DNA of 64,000 bases from assembly GCA_900299345.1 (NCBI GenBank), contig OMJM01000042.1:6298-70297 (forward strand). Direction: 5' to 3'. Position 1 is the stretch's first letter. Each line of letters starts with the position of its first letter. Under the pieces are notes generated by a model. That model ran no database searches and was not told the DNA's origin. It saw nothing but the letters and a program-made list of their open reading frames with translations. The position numbers and the translations under genes are program-made. This DNA comes from a bacterium. Its GTDB lineage: Bacteria > Fibrobacterota > Fibrobacteria > UBA11236. This document shows, piece after piece, positions 37,306 to 47,324 of the stretch.

Positions 37306-39534
37306 ATGCGTCTTGCCGCGTTTATTTCATCCCTTCTTTTCCTATTCGCCGCGAAATCCTTTGCCTATGTCGGCAAATGGCACAGCTTCACGAACAAGGA
37401 GCGCGTCACTTCCCTGATTTCGCACGGCGGGTATATCTACGCTGGAACGCAAGGAGGCATCCGCCGCATCGACCCGGTGACACTCGCAGAAAAAGATTAT
37501 GACAATCTCGACGGACTGCTCGATTGCTGGATCACAGGCCTCGCGGAAAGTGACGACGGAACACTCTGGGCTGTTGCTCGCGATGGTTATGTCTATGCGC
37601 TTTCCAATGACCGATGGGAAGCCTACGGCCGAAGCTACGCCGCCCAGAAATGGGTGATGAACGACCGGGCTGCCCTGACCGCCGGGCAGTATCTCTTTCT
37701 GGGATCGGAAAAGGGATTGACATTGTTCGATCTCGACCAGAAAGTTTCCCAGGCCAATATCACGCGCTTTGACACCTTGAACGGAAGTCCTGTCTTCTCG
37801 TTGCTGCGCCGGGCGGACACGTTGTATGTGGGAACGGCCGACGGCGTTTACAAGGCAGGTGTAGATTTCTCCAACCCCGTCAACCCCGTCAACCCCGCAG
37901 CGCGCTATGGGAATCTTGCAGATTCACGCATATGGAAACGGGTGAATCTAAGCATCATCGATTCCTCCACGATGCAACTGCGGCGTTACGAATTCATGGC
38001 GTTCATCGGCGATTCACTGGCCACTTACGGACCGGGAACTTTGCTGCAATCCCCCATTCACGTAGAAGCATTCGGGGAAAAACCCGTTCAGATTGGCTCC
38101 TCCACATTCTCCTCGATGTTCGCAGTGACCGCCGTGAATCTCGACGGCAAGGTGTTTCTGGGTGGACGAAACGGTATCTTCGTTTCCGCAAATGCCGCGA
38201 GCGCCACTCCCACCCTCTCTTCCATTTCCCGCCCTTCGCTGGTTCCCAGCGATACCATCTGGAACATCACGGCCAATGGCGGGAAGTTGTGGGGACAGTC
38301 CGTCAATGGTCTCTACAGCCTCAGCGCATCCAGCGGCGATTCATTGTCGTTCAACGCCTTCTATATCGTCGGCGGGCCGCGACTCATCACCACCGAATTT
38401 CTCTACCGCAACCTGAGCAACCTGAAAGCCGATGCGAATGGCGATGTGTACGCCGGGCTATGGGGAGGCAGTCTGGTGCGCGTGCGGAATGAAGTCGAGC
38501 AGGCGTGGAGCACCACGACGCCTGTCAATACGTGCATTCAACCCACGTCACCATCATGGTATCCGGTTTACGCGTTGAATCCTCCATTCAAAAACCATGT
38601 TTTCTTTTCCCTCTTCAAGGGAGAGAACGTCTATACCCATCGCCTCATCCATCTCAACACGGCCACGGAACAAATCTCCTGTCCGGATACGATGGCAGTG
38701 GGCGGTTATCCCCACGCGATCCGCATGTTCTCCGACTCGTTGCTGGGCATTGCCAGCGATCTTGGTGTCGGCTTTTACAAGGTGCGGGAGGCTTTCAACT
38801 CCATCTTGTTGACGCCGGTGGGACTTTCGTCCTCGGCGGGATTATGGACAGGAGAGGGTTCGGCCAATGAAACGTGGGGACTTGCCACTGATGCTATGGG
38901 AAGGCCCTGGGCTTTGATGGCGGATCAACTTTTCTATGTCGAAAAAGATACGCTGGATTCGGCCATGATACGCCCGGGAAGCGTCAAGCAGCGACTCCAG
39001 GCCGCCGAAGGTTTCACCGGAAAGGAGTGCTATCATCTCGATGGAGATCCGGTCGGCTCCCTGTGGGCGGCGTGTAGCAATGGGCTGTATCACATTCAAC
39101 CCGGCCCATCGGGCATCGGGAAGGTGGAGCGCTATGGGCTGGATCAGGGCTTGCTAAGCCTCACCATCAACGACCTCAGCGTGGATCCCTCCAATGGGCA
39201 GGTCTGGATCGCCACGGATCGCGGCATCAGCATGCTGGAGAGCGCCTCGCAACCTCCGGTGAAAACGTTGAGCAGCGTCCAAGTGTATCCCAACCCATTC
39301 CGGCCACAACACCGGTTCGTCATCTTCGACAATCTCCCCCAAAACTCGACCTTGCGCATTCATAACGCCGCCGGGACCGTGGTTCGGATTTTTCATCCTT
39401 CCGAACTGACCGGACATCAAGCCCAATGGGACGGAACCAACCAGAACGGCAAATCCGTGGCGGCGGGCATCTATCTCTACAGCGTCACTTCAGGCTCCTC
39501 GGTCGAACGGGGCAAGGTGATCGTGGCGCGGTGA
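37306..39534 (+). CDS. PorZ-like double beta-propeller with T9SS type A/FlgD-Ig C-terminal domain
   Basis: VGKWHSF...IYAGTQGG start; propeller repeats; VWIATDRGIS; VYPNPFRP...WDGTNQNGKSVAAGIYLY...GKVIVAR. Confidence 0.7.
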   Translation: MRLAAFISSLLFLFAAKSFAYVGKWHSFTNKERVTSLISHGGYIYAGTQGGIRRIDPVTLAEKDYDNLDGLLDCWITGLAESDDGTLWAVARDGYVYALSNDRWEAYGRSYAAQKWVMNDRAALTAGQYLFLGSEKGLTLFDLDQKVSQANITRFDTLNGSPVFSLLRRADTLYVGTADGVYKAGVDFSNPVNPVNPAARYGNLADSRIWKRVNLSIIDSSTMQLRRYEFMAFIGDSLATYGPGTLLQSPIHVEAFGEKPVQIGSSTFSSMFAVTAVNLDGKVFLGGRNGIFVSANAASATPTLSSISRPSLVPSDTIWNITANGGKLWGQSVNGLYSLSASSGDSLSFNAFYIVGGPRLITTEFLYRNLSNLKADANGDVYAGLWGGSLVRVRNEVEQAWSTTTPVNTCIQPTSPSWYPVYALNPPFKNHVFFSLFKGENVYTHRLIHLNTATEQISCPDTMAVGGYPHAIRMFSDSLLGIASDLGVGFYKVREAFNSILLTPVGLSSSAGLWTGEGSANETWGLATDAMGRPWALMADQLFYVEKDTLDSAMIRPGSVKQRLQAAEGFTGKECYHLDGDPVGSLWAACSNGLYHIQPGPSGIGKVERYGLDQGLLSLTINDLSVDPSNGQVWIATDRGISMLESASQPPVKTLSSVQVYPNPFRPQHRFVIFDNLPQNSTLRIHNAAGTVVRIFHPSELTGHQAQWDGTNQNGKSVAAGIYLYSVTSGSSVERGKVIVAR
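37872..37897 (+). repeat. In-frame 9-bp tandem repeat (CAACCCCGT x ~3) in the PorZ-like gene
   Basis: Directly visible; encodes NPV-NPV-NPA. Confidence 0.7.
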
Positions 39535-40241
39535 GGTTTCCTTCCCGTCTTGCCGCTTCACTGCTGCCGACCGGACTGCCACTTCCGGTCATACGGGGAC
39601 CGGCGCGGGGCGGAATCTGGTTGACAGGGGCCGCGCCCGGGCCTTCAAAAGGGTTGTCCGTTCTCTGGAACCGTTCCGAACCGGAACAGCTTGAGGCCGC
39701 AGCGCGGTTGTCCGATAATGCGACCTGCTGTTTCGATATCGGAGCTCATTCAGGATTGTACTCGCTGGTCTTTTCACGCAGGGCGAAACGAGTTTGCGCG
39801 TTTGAACCGTTACCGCGTAATATCGCGTGGCTCATGCGGACCCTTTCATGGAACCACGTTTCGAATACAACGGTTCTTCCCTGGGCCGTGGCCGGAGAAA
39901 CCGGTTTCCGGACTTTTCAGGAAGGTGCCCACAGTTCCATGGGACGCCTCGATTCCACCGGGGACATCCCTGTCTTCGCCACCACGCTTCGGGAATTCAT
40001 TACGCGCGAGCAGCTATTCCCCGAGGTGATCAAAATCGATGTGGAAGGCGCGGAAGCGGAAGTGCTGCGCGGCGGACTTGAATTCCTGCGCGAACGTAAA
40101 CCCGCGCTGCTTCTTTCAGTACACGGGACCGTATGCCGCAACGAATGTCTGGAGTTGCTTAAGGGATTGGGTTATTCGCGCATTCAACCCCTGGACATGC
40201 GCGGTTCCGATGATGCGGATTCCTTCCGCATTGAATCCTGA
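39531..40241 (+). CDS. FkbM-family methyltransferase
   Basis: FDIGAHSG, AFEPLPRN, IKIDVEGAEAEVLRG; GTGA overlap with the upstream stop. Confidence 0.9.
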   Translation: MRFPSRLAASLLPTGLPLPVIRGPARGGIWLTGAAPGPSKGLSVLWNRSEPEQLEAAARLSDNATCCFDIGAHSGLYSLVFSRRAKRVCAFEPLPRNIAWLMRTLSWNHVSNTTVLPWAVAGETGFRTFQEGAHSSMGRLDSTGDIPVFATTLREFITREQLFPEVIKIDVEGAEAEVLRGGLEFLRERKPALLLSVHGTVCRNECLELLKGLGYSRIQPLDMRGSDDADSFRIES

Positions 40242-40244
40242 CCC

Positions 40245-41372
40245 CTAGCCTGCCGTCGCATACAGGCCTTCCAACGCTTCAATTTCTTTGTTGATATCAT
40301 GGTCTTTTTCGATCTTGGTGCGACCTGATCGACCCATCAATCCCCAACGGTCGGACTCCTCCGCCATCCTTCGCAGCATATAGGCCAGTCCCATCGCGTC
40401 GCCTTCGGGAGCCAGCCATGCGCTGTGCTCGGGCACAGTGACGTAGGGAATGTCTGCATGCATCGTTGACACCACCGGCATACCGCATGCTTGCGCCTCA
40501 AGGAGAACCGTGGGCGCGCCACCTTCAGAGTCTCCATCGAAAGCCGTGCGCGAAGGTTGCAGCAGTACGTCGTGCTCAGCCATGGCCAGACGCATTTCTT
40601 CCAAGGTGCAGTAACCTTGAAATTCAACCCGATCCTGAAGTCCCAAACGGACGGCTTGGTCTTCCAACGCCTTGCGCAACGGTCCGTCACCCAGCACGGT
40701 GAGGCGCCACGGAAAATCCACACGCGAATCGGCCAGCGCGTCCAACCCTACGGACAATCCCTTTTTCTCGACCAAACGCCCCACAAAAAGAAAATGCACA
40801 GGACGATTTCCATCCCATGCACGCTCACGGAAGTGATATTCCATCGGATCAATGGCAATGCGTTGAATCCGGATTTTTTCCTCGGGCGCGCCCAGTTCGA
40901 TCAGCCTCTGCTGCATCGCAGGACCTTCCACGATCAAGAACCGTGCGGAAGCAAACACCTTTCGATATCCGGCTTCGGCGCGCTTGAGAAAGGTTTTTTG
41001 GGAAACGTCAGCTCCGTAAAAATTGACGAGCAGTGGTTTTCCCAATGTCCGCACAAAATCATGAGTGACCACCGCCCGAAAACCGTTGTGGGCATGGCAC
41101 ACGGCAATCTCCCTGTTGCGCAATATTTCAAAGGCTCCGGGATACTGAACGGGCGCATAAGAGCCTGCCATTCGTGCCAAAAGTTTCGCAATCATCGAAC
41201 GACGCGATGGAAAGCGCAACAACTCACCATTGGCCAGCGGGAATCGTTCCAGATTCTCCCACATGTCAGCCAGCACAAGCGGCTGGAAACGGCGCGACTT
41301 GCGCAGGGATTGCCAGATGAATGTCTCCGTGCGATGCAGATAGGCATCCAGCAAATGGAGGCATGCTGGCAT
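40245..41372 (-). CDS. Glycosyltransferase family 4 (WcaL-like)
   Basis: TETFI, FVGRLVEKKG, GDSEGGAPTVLLEAQACG; ATG overlaps the thiS stop. Confidence 0.9.
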   Translation of the reverse strand: MPACLHLLDAYLHRTETFIWQSLRKSRRFQPLVLADMWENLERFPLANGELLRFPSRRSMIAKLLARMAGSYAPVQYPGAFEILRNREIAVCHAHNGFRAVVTHDFVRTLGKPLLVNFYGADVSQKTFLKRAEAGYRKVFASARFLIVEGPAMQQRLIELGAPEEKIRIQRIAIDPMEYHFRERAWDGNRPVHFLFVGRLVEKKGLSVGLDALADSRVDFPWRLTVLGDGPLRKALEDQAVRLGLQDRVEFQGYCTLEEMRLAMAEHDVLLQPSRTAFDGDSEGGAPTVLLEAQACGMPVVSTMHADIPYVTVPEHSAWLAPEGDAMGLAYMLRRMAEESDRWGLMGRSGRTKIEKDHDINKEIEALEGLYATAG

Positions 41373-41572
41373 CAACCACCGCCCATGAACTTCACGATTT
41401 CAACCGTGTCCCCATCCTTCAATTCGATGCTTGAGTAATCCGATTTCGGAGGGACCTTGTAATTGTATTCCACAACCACGGACTCCGGTTTCAATTGATG
41501 GCGACTCAGCAAACCGGCAATGGTGAGCACCCCTTCGAATTCGGCAACGGCTCCGTTTAGATGCAGCTTCAT
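41372..41572 (-). CDS. thiS: Sulfur carrier protein ThiS
   Basis: 66 aa; LNG, VVVEYN, LKDGDTVEIVKFMGGG with C-terminal GG. Confidence 0.9.
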   Translation of the reverse strand: MKLHLNGAVAEFEGVLTIAGLLSRHQLKPESVVVEYNYKVPPKSDYSSIELKDGDTVEIVKFMGGG

Positions 41573-41655
41573 GATGGATGTGAAAAATACAAGGTACGGC
41601 TTATTCCGGTTGAAGACTGCCAGTCATCAAGGATTTTTCGATGTTTACCCTGTGA

Positions 41656-42978
41656 ATGCCGAGTAAGAGAACCATTTCCGGCTGGGGGCGATACCCGGTC
41701 ATTGAAGCTCGCGAAGAATTTCCCGCGGGACGCGAAACACTTTCCCCGAAGCTGAACGCTCCTTATCTTCCTCGTGGACAAGGCCGAAGCTATGGGGATG
41801 CGGGCCTCCCCGCATCTGACCATACCGCTCTTAACACCTCTTATCTCGATCGTTTCATCTCTTTCGATCCCGTCACAGGAATTCTGGAAGCAGAGGGCGG
41901 CGTGACCTTGGAGCGCATCCTTCGCTTTTCACTGCCGCGCGGTTTTTTTCTTCCGGTGACTCCTGGAACCATGTTCGTCAGTCTCGGTGGAGCGCTGGCC
42001 AGCAATGTGCATGGAAAAAACCATCATCGCTGCGGATCCATCGAACACTTTGTCACCGAGTTCGAAATCGGGACTCCCTCCGGAACTTTCACCTGTTCGC
42101 GAGAGAGCAACCGCGAGCTTTTTCTTGCGACCTTGGGCGGCTACGGACTGACCGGAACCATCACGCGCGCCAACCTGAAACTGAAACCTGTCACCTCGAT
42201 TCAAGTGGATTGCCTGCGCATCCGCGCGAAAAATCTGGAGGCGATGTTCCGACTGTTCGAGGAACACGATACCAACTTCGAATATTCCGTGGCATGGATG
42301 GACGCTTTGGCAAAAGGGGGAAATCGCGGCCGTGGGATCCTGATGCTGGGAAACCACTCCGACATGCCAGTCACAGGAAACCGCTCCCGTGAAAAAACCA
42401 AGTTGCGAGTTCCTTTCCCCATGCCCGGCATGCTGATGAACAACGCCTCACTCAAAGTCTTCAACACTGCGATCTACCTTTTCAGCCGACACGGAAAATC
42501 ACGAGAAAACTTTGAATCGTTCTTCTATCCGCTCGACCGTATTCTCGACTGGAATCTTTTGTACGGCAAACAAGGATTCCTGCAATACCAGTGCGTCATT
42601 CCTGATCCACACGGCCAACAGGGCATCGAGTCCTGTCTGCGCTTTCTCAGCGACAACGGTCTGGGCTCCTTTGTCTCCGTGCTCAAGCGCTGCGGAGATG
42701 ACGAGGTGATGCTGCCTTTCTGCAAACGCGGCTACACATTGGCCTTGGACATTCCTTTCCATGGTACGAAAACTTTGCGGGCGTTGGATCGGCTGGACGC
42801 CTTGGTGATCGATTATGGCGGTCGCGTGTATTTGACCAAGGATGCCCGTCTCAAACCCGAAGCTTTTCGCGCCATGTATCCCGAATACAAGACGTGGATG
42901 GACACGATCCGACACTTCAACCCCGAGGGTAAAATTTCATCGCGCTTGGCGGAAAGGCTGAAGCTGTGGGACGCATAG
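41656..42978 (+). CDS. DprE1-like FAD-dependent oxidase (polyprenylphosphoryl-ribose 2'-oxidase)
   Basis: SGWGR, RGQGRSYGD, PVTPGT, NVHGKNHH, YSVAWMD, LQYQ, TLALD, GRVYLTKD. Confidence 0.88.
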   Translation: MPSKRTISGWGRYPVIEAREEFPAGRETLSPKLNAPYLPRGQGRSYGDAGLPASDHTALNTSYLDRFISFDPVTGILEAEGGVTLERILRFSLPRGFFLPVTPGTMFVSLGGALASNVHGKNHHRCGSIEHFVTEFEIGTPSGTFTCSRESNRELFLATLGGYGLTGTITRANLKLKPVTSIQVDCLRIRAKNLEAMFRLFEEHDTNFEYSVAWMDALAKGGNRGRGILMLGNHSDMPVTGNRSREKTKLRVPFPMPGMLMNNASLKVFNTAIYLFSRHGKSRENFESFFYPLDRILDWNLLYGKQGFLQYQCVIPDPHGQQGIESCLRFLSDNGLGSFVSVLKRCGDDEVMLPFCKRGYTLALDIPFHGTKTLRALDRLDALVIDYGGRVYLTKDARLKPEAFRAMYPEYKTWMDTIRHFNPEGKISSRLAERLKLWDA

Positions 42979-43697
42979 TCATCTTCTCCGCCACCTCCGG
43001 CATCGCTCGTGCCGTGGCCGAGGAATTTTTGGCCCAAGGCGAGGAACTGGTTCTCACCGGACGCTCCAAGGAAAGCCTTGATGCCGTGGCACGGGATCTT
43101 CAAGTCCTCAGCGGTAAAGCCATTCCCTGTTTCGTGTGGGACGTTCTGGGTTTCGCGGAACATGAACGCTTGTTTCGGGAATTGATTGCCGTACACGACA
43201 TCAGCGGACTTTTCATGGCTGCCGGCATCCAGATTCCACAAAAGGAATGCGATGCCGAACCCGCAAAAACCTTGCTGACCTTCAACACCAATCTGAACGG
43301 CCCGGTGGCCGTGATGACCTTGTTCGCGCAACACTTCAAACAAACGAATTCCGGATTCATCAGCTGCGTATCCTCGGTAGCTGGAGATCGTGGGCGCGGC
43401 AGCATCACGGCATACGCATCGTCAAAGGCAGGGTTGAGCGCGCACCTTCAGGGACTGGCCAACCGTTTGAAAAACACAGGCGTATTGATCCAGTGCGTCA
43501 AGCCAGGCTATGTGCGCACCCCGATGACGGCGGGCCTCCGCAGTCTGTTAATCGTTTCCCCCCGTTGGGCGGCACGCGACATCGTGAACGCCATCCGGAA
43601 AAAACGCGAGGTGGTTTACACCCCGTTCTTCTGGAAGTACATCATGCTCGTGATCCGCGCCATCCCGGAACCCTTGTTCAGAAAACTGGGATTATGA
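42966..43697 (+). CDS. DprE2-like SDR reductase
   Basis: ATSGIARA, SSVAGDRGR, YASSK, KPGYVRTPMT; coupled to the DprE1-like gene. Confidence 0.85.
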   Translation: MGRIVIFSATSGIARAVAEEFLAQGEELVLTGRSKESLDAVARDLQVLSGKAIPCFVWDVLGFAEHERLFRELIAVHDISGLFMAAGIQIPQKECDAEPAKTLLTFNTNLNGPVAVMTLFAQHFKQTNSGFISCVSSVAGDRGRGSITAYASSKAGLSAHLQGLANRLKNTGVLIQCVKPGYVRTPMTAGLRSLLIVSPRWAARDIVNAIRKKREVVYTPFFWKYIMLVIRAIPEPLFRKLGL

Positions 43698-44584
43698 ACT
43701 CCAAGCCGCTGGTCTGGCTGCGCTTATTGCGTCCTTCGCACTGGATCAAGAATCTTTTCGTGCTGGCCGGCGTTTTCTTTTCGGGAAACTGGCGGCAACC
43801 CGGGATGCTGATGCTTGCGTTTGAGGCATTCCTCGCCTTCTGCCTGGCATCCAGCGCCGTATACTCCCTGAACGATACATGGGATTGCGAAGTGGACAAG
43901 AACCATCCCCGCAAACGGCTGCGTCCGATTGCGGCTGGTTTGCTTTCACGGAATACAGGCTATCTGACTTCGGGAGTTCTAATCCTGTTCGCAATGGTTT
44001 TAGGTTTGCGTGCTTCCGGTTTATTAGCCCTTGCTTTGGCCGCTTATATCGTGGTCAACATCCTGTACTCGCTGAACTTGAAAAACCGCGTGTTGCTCGA
44101 TGTCTTTTGCATCGCCTTCGGGTTCATCATCCGGTTGCTGGCGGGAACGTGGGGGCTGGGCATCGCTCCTTCGCAATGGTTTCTTTTGTGCACACTTTCA
44201 CTCAGCCTCTTCCTGGGTTTTTCCAAACGCTATGCCGAACTCATCGACAAAGAGCGGCCGCTGGAGGAAAAACGCCGGGTGCTGCAGAATTACACGCCGG
44301 AATTTTTACGCCTGTTGTTGAGTGTGACCTTGTCGGCATCTCTCATTACCTACGCCTTGTACACCACCAGCTCCCGTACCGCCGAAGTGCATCATACGGC
44401 CGGGCTGATTTATACCCTGCCGCTGGTGTTGTGGGGCCTGTTCCGTTATCTGTACCGGGTGATGCACGGAGGGTTCGGAGAAAACACCGTGGCCGACGTG
44501 TTGCGGGACCGGCAAATGCTGCTGGTTTCACTGCTTTATCTGATCGCCACCGGAAGCCTGCTTTTTTTCGGCGGATCCGGTTGA
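43694..44584 (+). CDS. Decaprenyl-phosphate phosphoribosyltransferase (UbiA family)
   Basis: LLRPSHWIKN, YSLND..D...D..HP.KR.RPIAAG, KRYAEL; ATGA overlap. Confidence 0.9.
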   Translation: MNSKPLVWLRLLRPSHWIKNLFVLAGVFFSGNWRQPGMLMLAFEAFLAFCLASSAVYSLNDTWDCEVDKNHPRKRLRPIAAGLLSRNTGYLTSGVLILFAMVLGLRASGLLALALAAYIVVNILYSLNLKNRVLLDVFCIAFGFIIRLLAGTWGLGIAPSQWFLLCTLSLSLFLGFSKRYAELIDKERPLEEKRRVLQNYTPEFLRLLLSVTLSASLITYALYTTSSRTAEVHHTAGLIYTLPLVLWGLFRYLYRVMHGGFGENTVADVLRDRQMLLVSLLYLIATGSLLFFGGSG

Positions 44585-44656
44585 GCAAGAGCCGATAAAC
44601 TTGCAATTTTGAGCCTCTGCGGGCGTTCTCTTGTGGAATGCCTGCCCACAGAACAC

Positions 44657-47317
44657 ATGGATAGCCGTTACTCTCCCCAAGACATCGAAGCCAAGTGGTA
44701 CGCCACGTGGGAAAAAGCCGGATCGTTTGAACCCCGGGGCCAAGGCAAGCCCTTTACCATCGTCATCCCTCCGCCCAACGTGACAGGCGCGCTGCACATG
44801 GGACACGCCCTGAACAACACCTTGCAGGACGTGTTGATCCGCTTCAAGCGGCTGCAGGGATACCGCACCCTCTGGCAACCCGGTACGGACCACGCGGGCA
44901 TCGCCACGCAGAGCGTGGTGGAACGGACCCTGCAAAAGGACGGCAAGAGCAAACACGATCTGGGACGCGAGAAATTCATCGAGCACGTCTGGGCGTGGAA
45001 GAATGAATACGGCGGACGCATCGTTGAACAGCTCAAGCGGCTCGGCTGCTCCTGCGACTGGTCGCGCCTGCGCTTCACCATGGACGACGGATTGTCCAAG
45101 GCCGTGCGCGAAGTGTTTGTGCGTCTGCACGAGGACGGCTTGATCTATCGCGGCGCTCGACTGGTGAACTGGTGCCCAAAACTTCAGACAGCCCTCGCGG
45201 ACGAGGAAGTGGAGAACAAGGAAAGCAAGGGACATTTCTGGTCCATCCGCTACCCGCTGGAGGGTAATCCCGGCGAAGGCATCGTGGTTGCAACGACGCG
45301 TCCCGAAACCTTGTTCGGCGACGTGGCCGTGGCCGTCCATGCCGAAGATGAACGCTACAAGCACCTGATCGGCAAGCGGGTGTTGATTCCCATCATCAAC
45401 CGCGCCATTCCCATCATCGCCGACGAACATGCCGACCCGACCAAGGGAACCGGCGCGGTGAAAATCACACCCGCGCATGACTTCAACGACTTCGAGGTCG
45501 GACAGCGGCATCAACTCAAGCCCATTGTGGCCATGAATCTCGACGCCACACTCAACCACGAAGCCGGCCCCTACGCGGGCATGGAACGGTTCGCAGCCCG
45601 CAAGAAGCTCGTGGCGGAACTGGAAGAAAAAGGTTTGCTCGTTTCCGTCGAGGATCGACTCATCAACATCCCCTACTGCTACCGCTCCGGAGATGTGGTC
45701 GAACCTTCACTGTTGAGCCAGTGGTATGTGAAGATGCGTCCGCTTGCCGAACCCGCATTGGCCTGTGTGGATCGCGGCGACACCCGTTTCGTGCCGGAGC
45801 GCTATGTCAAAACCTACCGGCAATGGCTGGAACCGTTCCGCGACTGGTGCATTTCACGCCAACTCTGGTGGGGCCACCAAATTCCGGTGTGGTACGTGAT
45901 CTCCGAAACCGGAGGCAAGGTTCTGGATTCAACACCGCACATTGCCGCGCGATCCGAAAAAGACGCGCGCAAACAGGCTGTTGCAAAGTTCGGTCCCGAT
46001 TGCACGCTGAAGCAGGAAGAGGACGTGCTCGACACATGGTTCTCCAGCGCCCTGTGGCCGTTCTCGACCTTGGGCTGGCCCGACGAAACTCCGGACCTGA
46101 AAGCCTTCTACCCCACCGACGTGCTGGTCACGGCGCGTGACATCATCTACTTCTGGGTGGCGCGCATGATTTTCTCCGGGCTCAAGTTCATGGGGCCTGC
46201 GCCGTTCCACACCGTGTACATCCACGGCACCATTCTCGACGAGAAGGGCCAGCGGATGAGCAAGTCCAAGGGCAACGGCATCGATCCCATCGAAATGATC
46301 GGGCAGTTCGGCGCGGACGCCGTGCGCTTCGCGTTGCTGACGCTCACGACCGAGGGACAGGACATCAAGCTGTCGCCCGTGAAGTTCGAGGGTGGACGCA
46401 ATTTCGCCAACAAGCTGTGGAACGCGGTGCGTTTCGTGCATCCGCATCTTTCCTCGGCCGCCCCGTCCCTCGAGGGATTGGAGCTTTCTCTCGCCGATCG
46501 CTGGATTCTGAAACGCTGCGATGAAACCGTCCGTGAAGTGGCCGAGGCACTGGAACCGCCAAACCTCCGCTTCTCCGACGCTGCGCAAGCACTGTACCGT
46601 TTCACATGGGATGACTTCTGCTCGCGCTACTTGGAGATTCGCAAGAAGGACATCACCGGTGAGGATGGACCGGCCAAGCGCGCCGCCACCACGGTGTTCC
46701 GTGCGGTGCTGCGCGATCTCATCGCCATCCTGCATCCGTTCATGCCCTATATTACCGAGGAGATCCATTCGCACCTCGGTGAAACGGATCTCCTCGTTAC
46801 GGGACAATGGCCGAAATCGCGTCAGGTTGAATTCTCCGCCGCCGAACAGAAAACCATGGATGGTTTGATCGCCATCGTGGAAGCTGTGCGGCAAATCCGC
46901 GGCGGATACAGCCTGCCACCGCAACAGGCGCTGGACGTGCGTGTGCAGATGGACAGCAAAGATTCAGTCGCCGCGCTGTTGCCGCAACAGTCCATCATAT
47001 TGGGGCTGGAAAAGATCGGGAATCTGGAAATCGGTTCCGGCATTGTGAAACCCTCTTTCGCAGCCTCAACCTTGATTCCCGGCGGCAAGGTGTATGTTCC
47101 GCTGGAAGGGCTGCTCGATCCCAATGCGGAACGGCTACGCCTCGGTAAAGAACTCGAAAAGGCCAAGAGTTTCGTGGTCACCCAGGAAAACAAGTTGAGG
47201 AATGAAAAGTTCGTGCAGGGCGCGCCTGCCGATGTGGTGGAAGGCGAACGCGAGAAACTGCGCTCTCAGATCAACAAGGTTGCGAAGTTGGAAGAAGCAT
47301 TGAGGGATTTGGGATAG
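44657..47317 (+). CDS. valS: Valine--tRNA ligase
   Basis: PPPNVTGALHMGHA, DWCISRQLWWGH, DVLDTWFSS, RMSKSKGN, C-terminal coiled coil. Confidence 0.98.
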   Translation: MDSRYSPQDIEAKWYATWEKAGSFEPRGQGKPFTIVIPPPNVTGALHMGHALNNTLQDVLIRFKRLQGYRTLWQPGTDHAGIATQSVVERTLQKDGKSKHDLGREKFIEHVWAWKNEYGGRIVEQLKRLGCSCDWSRLRFTMDDGLSKAVREVFVRLHEDGLIYRGARLVNWCPKLQTALADEEVENKESKGHFWSIRYPLEGNPGEGIVVATTRPETLFGDVAVAVHAEDERYKHLIGKRVLIPIINRAIPIIADEHADPTKGTGAVKITPAHDFNDFEVGQRHQLKPIVAMNLDATLNHEAGPYAGMERFAARKKLVAELEEKGLLVSVEDRLINIPYCYRSGDVVEPSLLSQWYVKMRPLAEPALACVDRGDTRFVPERYVKTYRQWLEPFRDWCISRQLWWGHQIPVWYVISETGGKVLDSTPHIAARSEKDARKQAVAKFGPDCTLKQEEDVLDTWFSSALWPFSTLGWPDETPDLKAFYPTDVLVTARDIIYFWVARMIFSGLKFMGPAPFHTVYIHGTILDEKGQRMSKSKGNGIDPIEMIGQFGADAVRFALLTLTTEGQDIKLSPVKFEGGRNFANKLWNAVRFVHPHLSSAAPSLEGLELSLADRWILKRCDETVREVAEALEPPNLRFSDAAQALYRFTWDDFCSRYLEIRKKDITGEDGPAKRAATTVFRAVLRDLIAILHPFMPYITEEIHSHLGETDLLVTGQWPKSRQVEFSAAEQKTMDGLIAIVEAVRQIRGGYSLPPQQALDVRVQMDSKDSVAALLPQQSIILGLEKIGNLEIGSGIVKPSFAASTLIPGGKVYVPLEGLLDPNAERLRLGKELEKAKSFVVTQENKLRNEKFVQGAPADVVEGEREKLRSQINKVAKLEEALRDLG

Positions 47318-47324
47318 GTTCCCC

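Noticed and set aside
37872-37897. Phase-variation role for the 9-bp repeat in the PorZ-like gene
   Set aside because: Unit is in-frame with about three copies, so slippage would only change a loop length
41573-41655. TPP riboswitch before thiS (also before thiL) or T-box before valS
   Set aside because: Intergenic spaces are too short and lack the conserved motifs
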